From assembly GCA_049521795.1 (NCBI GenBank), contig JBEKOM010000003.1, positions 64,001-128,000 of the forward strand: a stretch of 64,000 bases of DNA, read 5' to 3'. How positions within the stretch are numbered: position 1 is the stretch's first letter; the number at the start of each line of letters is the position of its first letter. This DNA comes from Candidatus Bathyarchaeia archaeon. GTDB taxonomy: Archaea; Thermoproteota; Bathyarchaeia; Bathyarchaeales; Bathycorpusculaceae. The notes under the pieces were generated by a model. That model made no database searches. It saw only the letters and a list, made by a program, of their open reading frames with translations, and was not told where the DNA came from. Positions 1 to 8,675 of the stretch are shown here, in pieces. The position numbers and the translations under genes are program-made.

Positions 1-774
1 CCCCGTTCTTCTGTGCGGCTTCAGCACACCGATGTCCAAGACCCAGCCACATTTGGCGTTTTTTTCCGCATTGTATGACTCATATATACCTATGCCGATG
101 TAGCCAACGTGCTTCCCGTTCAAGATGGCGAAGAACCATTCTTGAATCTTGAAAAATGGGTCTTCTCGCACGAAATAAACCGTCCGCTCAAGAGGGCTAG
201 GTCGCCAGTTGAAGCCTTCCTTGAAGCACTCATTGTCGAGCCGATTAAGCATCTCCAAATCCTCATCTGCATCTCTTCGGAGGGGTTCCAACACGACTTC
301 CATGTTTTCCCCGATGTCAGATTGAAGCCCAACAAGCTCTCTAGCCATTAGGCTGAACCTGCGGACCAACTTGAACCCCCAGCTCTCCCATAGGCTAACG
401 ATGTCCTCTTCGTCACTTTCAGCTGAACTTTGAGCAACCGTCATCCCACGATTCTTCAGCTCTTCCAGAGCTGTTTCAGCGAGTTTTTCTTCTATCCCCT
501 GACCTCGAAACTCGGGAACAACTCCGAAATCATTCACGAAACCCTTCTTCTCCTCCCTGAACTTGTCGACATAAGCATGAACAATTCCCACAGGCTGGTT
601 ACTCAGCTCAGCGATGAATCTTCCTTCAGAATCAAAATCAGGCGACTTCTCAATAATCCTCATCTCATCTACCGTCATCGACGCCTGGCCCAAACGCACG
701 CCGTAAACCGCATTCCACACCCTAAGCCAGTCCGCCTCGTCCATCCCTAGAACGAAACGCCTAACCTTCAGCAA
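1..774 (-). CDS. GNAT-family acetyltransferase, tandem GNAT domains (partial, runs off window start; missing from ORF track)
   Basis: Own translation from TTG at 774: MLKVRRFVLG...FGVVPEFRGQGIEEKL...WESWGF...DIGVLKPHRRTG. Two acetyl-CoA-binding motif A segments; frame open to base 1. Confidence 0.85.
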   Translation of the reverse strand, partial: MLKVRRFVLGMDEADWLRVWNAVYGVRLGQASMTVDEMRIIEKSPDFDSEGRFIAELSNQPVGIVHAYVDKFREEKKGFVNDFGVVPEFRGQGIEEKLAETALEELKNRGMTVAQSSAESDEEDIVSLWESWGFKLVRRFSLMARELVGLQSDIGENMEVVLEPLRRDADEDLEMLNRLDNECFKEGFNWRPSPLERTVYFVREDPFFKIQEWFFAILNGKHVGYIGIGIYESYNAEKNAKCGWVLDIGVLKPHRRTG

Positions 775-1018
775 CCAGCTCCCTCCAAGTCTTCCGTAAC
801 GACTTAATGCACGCAGATTTAAACATAGCGCGCGCCTGTGTGTTTGTATATCTCACTCTCAAAGAGAGAGAAGAGAGGAGAAGGGAAAGAGAAGAAGATG
901 GAGATGTAGATGATTTGGGGTTTAGGGATAAAACTTTACCCGAAACTCAAACCACTATTTCAGATGGCATATTCCGATGTGTTTATTTACTAAGCGCAGT
1001 GCCCTAGGTCATGTCTGA

Positions 1019-1813
1019 CTACTTGCTTTTTGTGGCGATCAGCAATACGCTTTTGGCTTCGGCGAGCGGCGTATCTGGCGTTGTTTGGCGTAGGCCGCCT
1101 GTGACCGACTTGGTTGTCCAGCCAGTTCGATTGAACATCTCTCTGAGTTCGTGAATGCTCCACACGCGGTGGTCAATCGTGACCCTCTTGGTCTCAACAA
1201 ACCTTGCCTCGCCTTTTTGAATTAAATAAGTCCACGTGGACTTCATGCGCGACGTGTTGAAATCAAGATCTCTTTCTTCAAGAAGTATCATATTCTTGAA
1301 ACGTGTGAAATCGCTTGCTTGAAAATGCTTGATGAGATAGTCGCGGTTCACGATTTCTAAAGCAAAAAACCCTCCCGTTTTCACTAGCCCAGCGCATTGC
1401 CGCAGAATCTCGTCATTGGTTTCATCATCGTAGAAGCCAAAGGAAGTCCAAAGGTTTAGTATTCCATCGAAGGGTTTCTCATGAACCAATGCTGAGCCGA
1501 TCTTGCGCATGTCAGCCACCTTGAAGAGTGTATGGTCTTCGACGCCTTCTTTCTTTGCACGTTCCTTCGCGATCGTGATGTACAATGGTGAGAGGTCTGT
1601 TCCCACAACTTCAAAACCTCTTTTGCCAAGTTCGATCGAATGTCTTCCAATTCCACAATTCAGGTCCAGAATCCTTTGCACTCTGATCCTCTGTTCTTTG
1701 AGGTTCTGCAGAAGGAGGTCAACTTCGGCAGCAGATCGCTCAACAAGGCCTTCCAAGCTTGCAAGGAACAGTTCAGGGTCTTTTTGAAAAAGCTCTTTCG
1801 TCCAGTGAACCAT
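1019..1813 (-). CDS. Class I SAM-dependent methyltransferase
   Basis: ILDLNCGIGRH motif I; DMR; NLWTSFGF; LVKTGG. Confidence 0.9.
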   Translation of the reverse strand: MVHWTKELFQKDPELFLASLEGLVERSAAEVDLLLQNLKEQRIRVQRILDLNCGIGRHSIELGKRGFEVVGTDLSPLYITIAKERAKKEGVEDHTLFKVADMRKIGSALVHEKPFDGILNLWTSFGFYDDETNDEILRQCAGLVKTGGFFALEIVNRDYLIKHFQASDFTRFKNMILLEERDLDFNTSRMKSTWTYLIQKGEARFVETKRVTIDHRVWSIHELREMFNRTGWTTKSVTGGLRQTTPDTPLAEAKSVLLIATKSK

Positions 1814-1991
1814 GGTACTATCTAGGATCTAACTACTTATATGAATTCATGTAATGAGGAGGACACCCCACCCTTTCCGTGGAGAAACCTATCGGTGCGA
1901 AATCCGCGAACACAATTTTTTTATTTTATCGGATGTTTTTTCACAGAGAACTGCGCCACAGATCAGAGCTGTCAAAACTCCTTTGGTCTAA

Positions 1992-3419
1992 CTAAGAACC
2001 TGCTGCTAATCGTTTCCTTAAGTATTCGTCTATGGCTTTTGCAGCTTTTTTGCCGGCGCCCATGGCGCTTATCACGGTTGCTTCGCCCGTGACTATGTCT
2101 CCGCCAGCGTAGACGCCTTCAAGACTTGTTTTTCCATTCTCATCTGCCACAATCGTTCCCCATTTGGTGACCGCTAACCCTTCGGTTGTACTCTGCACGA
2201 TGGGGTTCGGCGTTCTTCCCACTGCAACTATCACTGTGTCGATGTCCATGATGAACTCTGAACCCTTAACTGGAACTGGTCTTCTTCTGCCAGACTCGTC
2301 TGGGGGGCCGAGTTCCATGCAGATGCACTCCATGGATTTGACCCAGCCTTTCTCGTCGCCGTAGAACCTGGTTGGGTTGGCTAGGAACTTGCACACTATG
2401 CCCTCTTCTTCAGCGTTCTCGATCTCCTCGTGTCTAGCAGGCATCTCTTCTCTCGAGCGGCGATAGACGATGCAGACTTCTTCAGCGCCTAGGCGTAGTG
2501 CGGACCGGGCAGAGTCCATGGCCACGTTGCCTCCGCCGATGACGACGACGTGTTTTCCGATCCTTATCGGCGTGTCGTACTCTGGGAACGCGTAAGCTTT
2601 CATCAGGTTCACTCGTATCAGGAACTCGTTGGCAGAGTAGATTCCGCCTAGGTCCTCTCCGGGCACGCCTAGGAAAGCAGGCAAACCGGCGCCTGTTCCT
2701 ATGAAGACGGCTTCAAAACCTCTCTCTTTGAGCAGCTCAGGAACCGTGTAAACTCTCCCGACGAGGTACCCCAGTCGAAGCTCGACACCTAATTTCTGAA
2801 CGTAATCAGCTTCTGCCTGAACTATTCTCTTCGGCAATCGGAACTCAGGAATGCCGTAGACAAGCACGCCTCCTGGCAAGTGGAGCGCTTCAAAAACAAC
2901 GACCTTGTGCCCGAGCTTTGCGAGGTCAGCTGCAGCTGTTAGTCCAGCTGGGCCAGCACCGATGACAGCGACTTTCTTGCCTGTGGCCCCTGTTTTCTCC
3001 GGGGCTTTGACGTTGCCTGTCTCTCTTTCCCAATCGGCCAGAAAACGTTCTAGCCTGCCGATGCTCACGGGTTCGTCGACTTTCCCGAGGACACAGGATT
3101 TCTGACACTGGTCTTCTTGTGGGCACACGCGCCCGCAGATCGCTGGCAGACTGTTTTTTTCCTTGAGCTTCTTTGCAGCCTCTTCGCATTTTCCTTCTCT
3201 GAGCAGCCTGATGAAGGCTGGTATGTCTATCTCTACTGGGCAGCCGGCGACGCACTGCGGTTTTGCGCATTGCAGACACCGGTTTGCTTCCGTCTTGGCC
3301 TGCTCCTCCGTGTAGCCCAGAGCAACTTCGTTGAAGTTTTTCCTTCGGACTTCCGGCTTCTGCTTGGGCATCGGCTCGGCTTCTTTCTTGACTCTTGGTT
3401 TCGGTTTACTTTCCGCCAC
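1992..3419 (-). CDS. nfnB: NADH-dependent reduced ferredoxin:NADP+ oxidoreductase large subunit (NfnB/SudA; GltD-like)
   Basis: RCLQC...CP, CGRVCPQEDQC, GAGPAG, YGIPEFRL, GGGNVAMD, AGGDIVTGEATV; overlaps nfnA. Confidence 0.9.
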   Translation of the reverse strand: MAESKPKPRVKKEAEPMPKQKPEVRRKNFNEVALGYTEEQAKTEANRCLQCAKPQCVAGCPVEIDIPAFIRLLREGKCEEAAKKLKEKNSLPAICGRVCPQEDQCQKSCVLGKVDEPVSIGRLERFLADWERETGNVKAPEKTGATGKKVAVIGAGPAGLTAAADLAKLGHKVVVFEALHLPGGVLVYGIPEFRLPKRIVQAEADYVQKLGVELRLGYLVGRVYTVPELLKERGFEAVFIGTGAGLPAFLGVPGEDLGGIYSANEFLIRVNLMKAYAFPEYDTPIRIGKHVVVIGGGNVAMDSARSALRLGAEEVCIVYRRSREEMPARHEEIENAEEEGIVCKFLANPTRFYGDEKGWVKSMECICMELGPPDESGRRRPVPVKGSEFIMDIDTVIVAVGRTPNPIVQSTTEGLAVTKWGTIVADENGKTSLEGVYAGGDIVTGEATVISAMGAGKKAAKAIDEYLRKRLAAGS

Positions 3420-4245
3420 ATGCGCAGCTTCCTTGCATTTCCCACACCAGTGAGCTCAGCCTCTCTTCTGGCAGGAACATCCTCTGCCTGTTTATCAGCT
3501 GGTCAAAATCCACCGCGTGCCCGTCAAATTCTGGCCCGTCAAAGCACCCGAACTTCATTTTTCCGTTCACTGTGACGCGGCACACTCCGCACATGCCCAT
3601 CCCGTCGATCATTATCGGCGACAAGGTGACAATCGTTGGCAAGCTGTGGGGTTTTGTCATTTCTGACACGTTTTTCATCATCACAACAGGTCCCCAAGCC
3701 ACGCAGCGGTCAAACTTCTCCTTTTCAAGAACACGCTTGAGAAAATCGAAGTCCTTAAAGCCCCTTGAGCCATCGTCGGTCGCCACGTAAGACTTGACGC
3801 TGAGGTTCTTCATCTCTTCCACATAGAAGAGCAGGTCGTTGATTCTCGCGCCGACGACCGTGGTCACCCTGTTACCCGCTTCGCGGAGCGCTTGAACGAG
3901 CAACAGCATCGGTGCGACCATCACGCCTCCCGAAACACATAGGACGTTACCGAACTTCCTTATTTCTGAAGGGTTTCCGAGCGGTCCGGTTATGCTCTGT
4001 ATACAGTCGCCTATTTTCAGGCATCCAAGCTGTTTTGTGGTTTTACCGACTTCGTTGAATGCGATGCTCACTGTCCCCTTCTTTGGGTCGTAGCCAGCTA
4101 TGTTTAGCGGTATGCGTTCGCCCTTTTCGTGTATCATGAGCATTATGAATTGTCCAGGGCGGGCCTTTTCAGCAATCTCCGAAGCGTGAACCTCAAAGAG
4201 CTTGATTTTCGGGGCAAGCTCTTTCTCTGATATGATTTTATACAT
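3406..4245 (-). CDS. nfnA: Nfn small subunit (NfnA/SudB)
   Basis: PGQF...GERIPL, GPLG, GP..MMK, DGMGMCGVC...CFDGPEFDGH Asp/Cys3 [2Fe-2S] motif. Confidence 0.9.
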   Translation of the reverse strand: MYKIISEKELAPKIKLFEVHASEIAEKARPGQFIMLMIHEKGERIPLNIAGYDPKKGTVSIAFNEVGKTTKQLGCLKIGDCIQSITGPLGNPSEIRKFGNVLCVSGGVMVAPMLLLVQALREAGNRVTTVVGARINDLLFYVEEMKNLSVKSYVATDDGSRGFKDFDFLKRVLEKEKFDRCVAWGPVVMMKNVSEMTKPHSLPTIVTLSPIMIDGMGMCGVCRVTVNGKMKFGCFDGPEFDGHAVDFDQLINRQRMFLPEERLSSLVWEMQGSCACGGK

Positions 4246-5458
4246 GGGCTTTTGCCTCTACTGATTCTAGCTTCAGAGGGGGCATCGCAGCTATCTTATC
4301 GTAGAACTCGTCCAGTCGCTTGTTGAATTCGCCGACGCATCGTGGAGAAGTTGTGAAAAGCTCAAAGCGTTCGAGTAGGCCCATCTTCTTTAAAGCGTCT
4401 TTCAGGACAGTGACGTTTCTTTCAGCCGTGTCTTTTCCTTCCTGAAGCTTGCAGTCTTCTGGTGAACACACGGCGGCGATTACTCCGTCGAAACCGTTTT
4501 GCAACGCGTTGATAACGTGAACCGGGTCGAGTGCTTTGAAGCAGGGGATCTCCATAGTTACCGCTTTTCTCTTGAATAAATGGTTTTCAAGACCATCCAA
4601 GGCTTGGAACTCTGACCATTGGCACGCGAAGACTAAGACCAGGGGCGAAATGCCTGCTTCTTTCAGCTTCTTGGCCGATTCCGTGTAGCGTTTCAGAACG
4701 TCTTCAAACTCGAAACCCTTGATTTCAATCGCTTCTTGTGGACAGACGAGAGCGCATGCTCCACAGCCCATGCAGCGTTCTTCAAGTATTCTCGGCGTTG
4801 CGAACGGTTCTGCCTCTATTGCTTTGTAGGGACAGATGAACACGCACTTGTCGCAGCCCACGCATTTTGTCGTGTCGTAAACCGCTTTCCTAGAGTGCTT
4901 TATCACTCTGAAGGCGTCTCTGGGCATGCCGAGCTGTTCAAGAACCTCCTTGCTGAGCAGCAGCTTTCTGGTGCTTATCTTGGTGCCCTCTTTGAAACGG
5001 CAGAAATCGTCTTCGCACTGAAGAGAAACTATATTCTTTATGCCACTCTTCAATACTCTGAATGCAAACTCGGCGGGGATTCGTCCAGCACAAGGCAGGC
5101 GCAGAGGGATGTACTTTTTCGTTTTCAAGCCTTGCTCTTTGAGGATTTCTTCAACATCGCACGTTGACGGCGAGTTTCCCCTGCACATCAGGACAAGCGT
5201 GTCGCTCCTGCATTTCTCCCTCATGTCCTTCACGTATTTGACGAGGCTGTCATAGTCATAGCAGACTATCTGTATCGCCATGACAGGACAGGCACTGTAG
5301 CATATGCCACAGACCTGACACTTTTGCAGGTCTATCTCCACTTTGCCCGTTTCCAAGTCTCGCTTTATGGCTTCGTAAGGACAGACAGAATGGCAAATGG
5401 AACACTTGCTACAGTAGTCTTGGTTGATCGTTACGGCGGACACGCATTTTTCACTCAT
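4238..5458 (-). CDS. Tandem (2x[4Fe-4S] ferredoxin + MvhD/FlpD-like [2Fe-2S]) x2 electron-transfer protein
   Basis: Four CxxCxxCxxxCP motifs. Two MvhD-like units: LMC...LPCAGRI...QCEDDFC and FACQWS...IPCFKALDP...GFDGV...VCSPEDC. Confidence 0.8.
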   Translation of the reverse strand: MSEKCVSAVTINQDYCSKCSICHSVCPYEAIKRDLETGKVEIDLQKCQVCGICYSACPVMAIQIVCYDYDSLVKYVKDMREKCRSDTLVLMCRGNSPSTCDVEEILKEQGLKTKKYIPLRLPCAGRIPAEFAFRVLKSGIKNIVSLQCEDDFCRFKEGTKISTRKLLLSKEVLEQLGMPRDAFRVIKHSRKAVYDTTKCVGCDKCVFICPYKAIEAEPFATPRILEERCMGCGACALVCPQEAIEIKGFEFEDVLKRYTESAKKLKEAGISPLVLVFACQWSEFQALDGLENHLFKRKAVTMEIPCFKALDPVHVINALQNGFDGVIAAVCSPEDCKLQEGKDTAERNVTVLKDALKKMGLLERFELFTTSPRCVGEFNKRLDEFYDKIAAMPPLKLESVEAKAHV

Positions 5459-5570
5459 TTCACTGTTTCTCCAGCGTTTGCCAGCGGTTCCTTGCGGTGT
5501 GGCTGGGAACGAAAGACCCTAGAAAGTTTGGAAAGGGTTTCGGGGAAATATATTGGTTTTGGGGCATTCT

Positions 5571-6503
5571 TTACCTTTTGTAGTATGGTCTGCGGATGAA
5601 AGCATACGCTTCGAGCGCGGCGGTTATGCCCTGCCCCACCGCTGTTCCAACCTGTTTAACAGGATGGTTTGTAATGTCGCCTGCCGCGTAAACTCCTTCA
5701 ATGTTCGTGTGCTGCAACCCATCGATTATTATGTAGCTGTCTTTGTCAGCCGCTACACCTGCCTCTCTGGCCTGCTGACTGTTCGGGGCTTCACCGATCT
5801 GGACGAACACGCCGTCAACCGGTAACTCCTCGGTCTTGCCGCTCTGCTTGTTAAGCAGACTGACTTTCCTGACCATTTTTTCGCCGATGATCTGCTTGAC
5901 CTCAGTGTTCATGAAAACTTCAATACTCTTCACGTTTTTCAGGCCCTGAACCAGGGCGTCCTCAGCGCGGAAGACACCTCTGCGATGTGCAACCTTGACT
6001 TCGCAGCCGAGATGAGCGAGATAAAGAGCCGTTATTAGGGCCGAGTTGCCGCCTCCTACGACCAAGACTGTTTTTCCCTTGAAAAAGGGTCCGTCACAGA
6101 GTCCACAATAGCTGACGCCTCTTCCTCGAAACTCTTTTTCACCCGGAATGCCGAGCTCGCGATAATAGCTTCCAGAAGCAATTATCACCGCCCCAACTTC
6201 GTAGCTTGCCTTTTCGGTTTCAACGGTCTTCTTGTCACCTCTAAGGCTAAGTCTCACGACTCTTTCAGACTCGTTGATCTTCACGCCTGAACTCTTGGCA
6301 TGAGCTACCATATTCTGCGCAAGCTCCGTTCCGCTTATGCTTTGAAACCCCGGGTAATTCTCCACCCACGGAGCGTCCGCAGTCGTGCCGCCGGCCATCT
6401 TCTCCTCCAGAATAAGAGTCTTAAGTCCACTTCTTGCCCCGTAGATCCCAGCTGACAAACCGGCAGCACCTGCACCGATTATTATCAAATCATAGCTCTC
6501 CAC
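5571..6503 (-). CDS. trxB: Thioredoxin-disulfide reductase
   Basis: GAGAAG, GRGVSYCGLCDG, GGGNSA, HRR, GVYAAGD. Confidence 0.92.
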   Translation of the reverse strand: MESYDLIIIGAGAAGLSAGIYGARSGLKTLILEEKMAGGTTADAPWVENYPGFQSISGTELAQNMVAHAKSSGVKINESERVVRLSLRGDKKTVETEKASYEVGAVIIASGSYYRELGIPGEKEFRGRGVSYCGLCDGPFFKGKTVLVVGGGNSALITALYLAHLGCEVKVAHRRGVFRAEDALVQGLKNVKSIEVFMNTEVKQIIGEKMVRKVSLLNKQSGKTEELPVDGVFVQIGEAPNSQQAREAGVAADKDSYIIIDGLQHTNIEGVYAAGDITNHPVKQVGTAVGQGITAALEAYAFIRRPYYKR

Positions 6504-7124
6504 GCCGAAGCCCTCTAAGAGAGGCTGATCTGCTTGTTGCCTGTTTATGAAGCATTCGCATCCTCAGCGTGTGCTCGTTTCGCTTGATGATTAACGTTTC
6601 TTCACAGTCACCAGGTTGGTCTTTCGTCTGGTCTCTGAGCAGCAGTTTGACTTCTATTCTAGGCGAGCATGCTTGTTCCTAAATTCAGTTCAAGAGCTGG
6701 CATGGCGTTTTCCGATGAAGGATTGTTACCGTCACAGTTCGAGCCGGGTGCTCTCTCGCTCTCACGCCCTCCCCCCCGGTATCCTATATGACCCAAATAT
6801 GATTGAAGAGCAGAATGGGCAGTGCAGGCTCTTTCCAAAGAGAGTTTGGAACACACTAGCGCGCTACCGTTGCAGTGTTCATCTGAGGGGGGAGATATCT
6901 TTGGCATGCCCTTAGCATTCCCTGTTTCGTGTTTTGTCTCGTCTAGTAAGGTCTGTTAGTAACACCGTTTCGTTGATGTCATCCTTTAAGGGGCGCTACT
7001 GAGGTCCTTTTGCCAGTTGGAGGCAATGTTACTAACGTTCAGAGTGGTGGAATCATGCAAATTGAGAGAGACAAAATGCTAAATAGTGGTTTGCAGAGGT
7101 AGAGAAGACGGTGGGGGGGTCGGT

Positions 7125-7358
7125 ATGAAGCTTAATGCTTTTGTGTTGATAAACGTGAACTTAGGCTGCGAAAGTGAAGTTTTGAAAGCCCTGAAGAGCG
7201 TTCAGGGTTTTGACGAAGCCTTCGTTGTTCTGGGTGACTACGATATAATTGCAAGAGTCACCGCAAGAACTATGGACGAGCTTAACCAGAGTGTAACGTG
7301 TATCAGAAAACTCCAGAATGTCAGGTCGACGGCGACGATGATTACGCGTGAGCCTTGA
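7125..7358 (+). CDS. Stand-alone Lrp/AsnC ligand-binding (RAM) domain protein
   Basis: ATG at 7125: AFVLINV...GDYDIIARV...IRKLQNVRSTATMI; no HTH. Confidence 0.85.
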   Translation: MKLNAFVLINVNLGCESEVLKALKSVQGFDEAFVVLGDYDIIARVTARTMDELNQSVTCIRKLQNVRSTATMITREP

Positions 7359-7467
7359 TTTGCTCGCTTTGAGCAGGCGGGTCACACCGGTTTTGGTCTC
7401 GATATAATTGATTGATCGCAGTCGTCATGGGAGCGAGTTTTTGTGCGTTGGCGATGGAAACGCCTCG

Positions 7468-8586
7468 CTACAGGGCAAGTGTGAGTAATTCTGCTATGTC
7501 CATTATCTGAATTTTTCCTTCGACGCCTGCGGTCTTTACGGCGTCTTCAAACGTTAGTAGGCAGTAGGGACAGGCTACGGCCAGGATGTCTGCTCCAGCT
7601 TCGACGGCGTCTTTCACTCGTGTTTCCGCTAAACGTTGGCCTGGGATGTCAACCCACATTCTGCCACCTCCGCCCTCGCAGCAGACGCTTCTGGCTCTGG
7701 AACGGTCAAACTCCAGCAGTTTGACGCCTGGAACGCATTCGATGACTTTTCTCGGCTCGTCATAGATGCCGTTTTGCTTGCCCAAGAAGCACGGATCGTG
7801 ATATATGACCTTCTTGTTGACCTCTTTGGAGAAGGTCAACTTCTTTTCGTCAATCAGCTTGGCTAGAAGTTGAGTGTGGTGAAGAGGTTCGAATGTTGTT
7901 TGGTTGTATCTGTTCTTAAAGGCGTGATACCCGTGTGGGCAGCTTGTTACAGCTTGTTTCACGTTGTACTTGTTGAACGTTTTCATGTTTTCTTCAACTA
8001 GGAATTCGAAGAGGCCCTTCTCACCCATGCCGTAAACTTCGCTTCCGCAGCAGTTCTCCTCGTCGCAGAGGATTCCGAAGTTCAGTCCTGCCTTTTCGAA
8101 GCATCTTGCGAGGCTTTTTGGCACGTTTTGGACGCGTGGATCGTAGGCTGATGTGCAGCCGACGAAGAAAAGGACTTCTGCACCCTGTGAGATGGGTTTG
8201 ATGTTCAGTCCTTGCATCCATTCAGAGCGTTTGTTGCGCATTCTTCCCCATGGGTTGCCGTTCTTGAATATGCTCTCCAAAGCGTCTCGAATCGTAGGAG
8301 CAATTTGCCCTTCTTCAACTGCCATCCCGCGGATGTCGATCAGGAATTCGTATGGGTTAAGTTCCTTGGGGCAGCGAACACCGCACGTGCTGCATGTTGT
8401 GCAGCTCCACAATTCATTCTGTGGGTGCTGGGTCAACCTACCTAGGGTAGCGACTTCGCGCATGTACTTTCTGACGTTCAAGTTGGCCTTCTTCGCAACA
8501 GGACAGCTTCCTGTGCACGTTCCACACTGAATACATTCAAGAAGTTTGTGTTTCTGAGTCAGCTCTTCAGCGTTCATGTGGTCCAT
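7468..8586 (-). CDS. HdrD/GlpC-like Fe-S oxidoreductase (2x[4Fe-4S] plus two CCG domains)
   Basis: CIQCGTCTGSCP, CTTCSTCGVRCP, ENCCG, SCPHG, YHDPC, CCEGGGG, ACPYC. Confidence 0.88.
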   Translation of the reverse strand: MDHMNAEELTQKHKLLECIQCGTCTGSCPVAKKANLNVRKYMREVATLGRLTQHPQNELWSCTTCSTCGVRCPKELNPYEFLIDIRGMAVEEGQIAPTIRDALESIFKNGNPWGRMRNKRSEWMQGLNIKPISQGAEVLFFVGCTSAYDPRVQNVPKSLARCFEKAGLNFGILCDEENCCGSEVYGMGEKGLFEFLVEENMKTFNKYNVKQAVTSCPHGYHAFKNRYNQTTFEPLHHTQLLAKLIDEKKLTFSKEVNKKVIYHDPCFLGKQNGIYDEPRKVIECVPGVKLLEFDRSRARSVCCEGGGGRMWVDIPGQRLAETRVKDAVEAGADILAVACPYCLLTFEDAVKTAGVEGKIQIMDIAELLTLAL

Positions 8587-8675
8587 CGCTTTTTGTTGAA
8601 ACGGAGCATAAGGTTATTAAAGCGTTTTCCCGTGAATCATCTAAAATCATTCATGAACGAGGTAGATTTCCGCCG

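Noticed and set aside
1992-3419. Glutamate synthase small subunit
   Set aside because: Pairing with a SudB/NfnA gene and no gltB nearby indicates Nfn.
6616-6915. Short ORFs on both strands in the trxB-Lrp gap
   Set aside because: No recognisable motifs and atypical composition.
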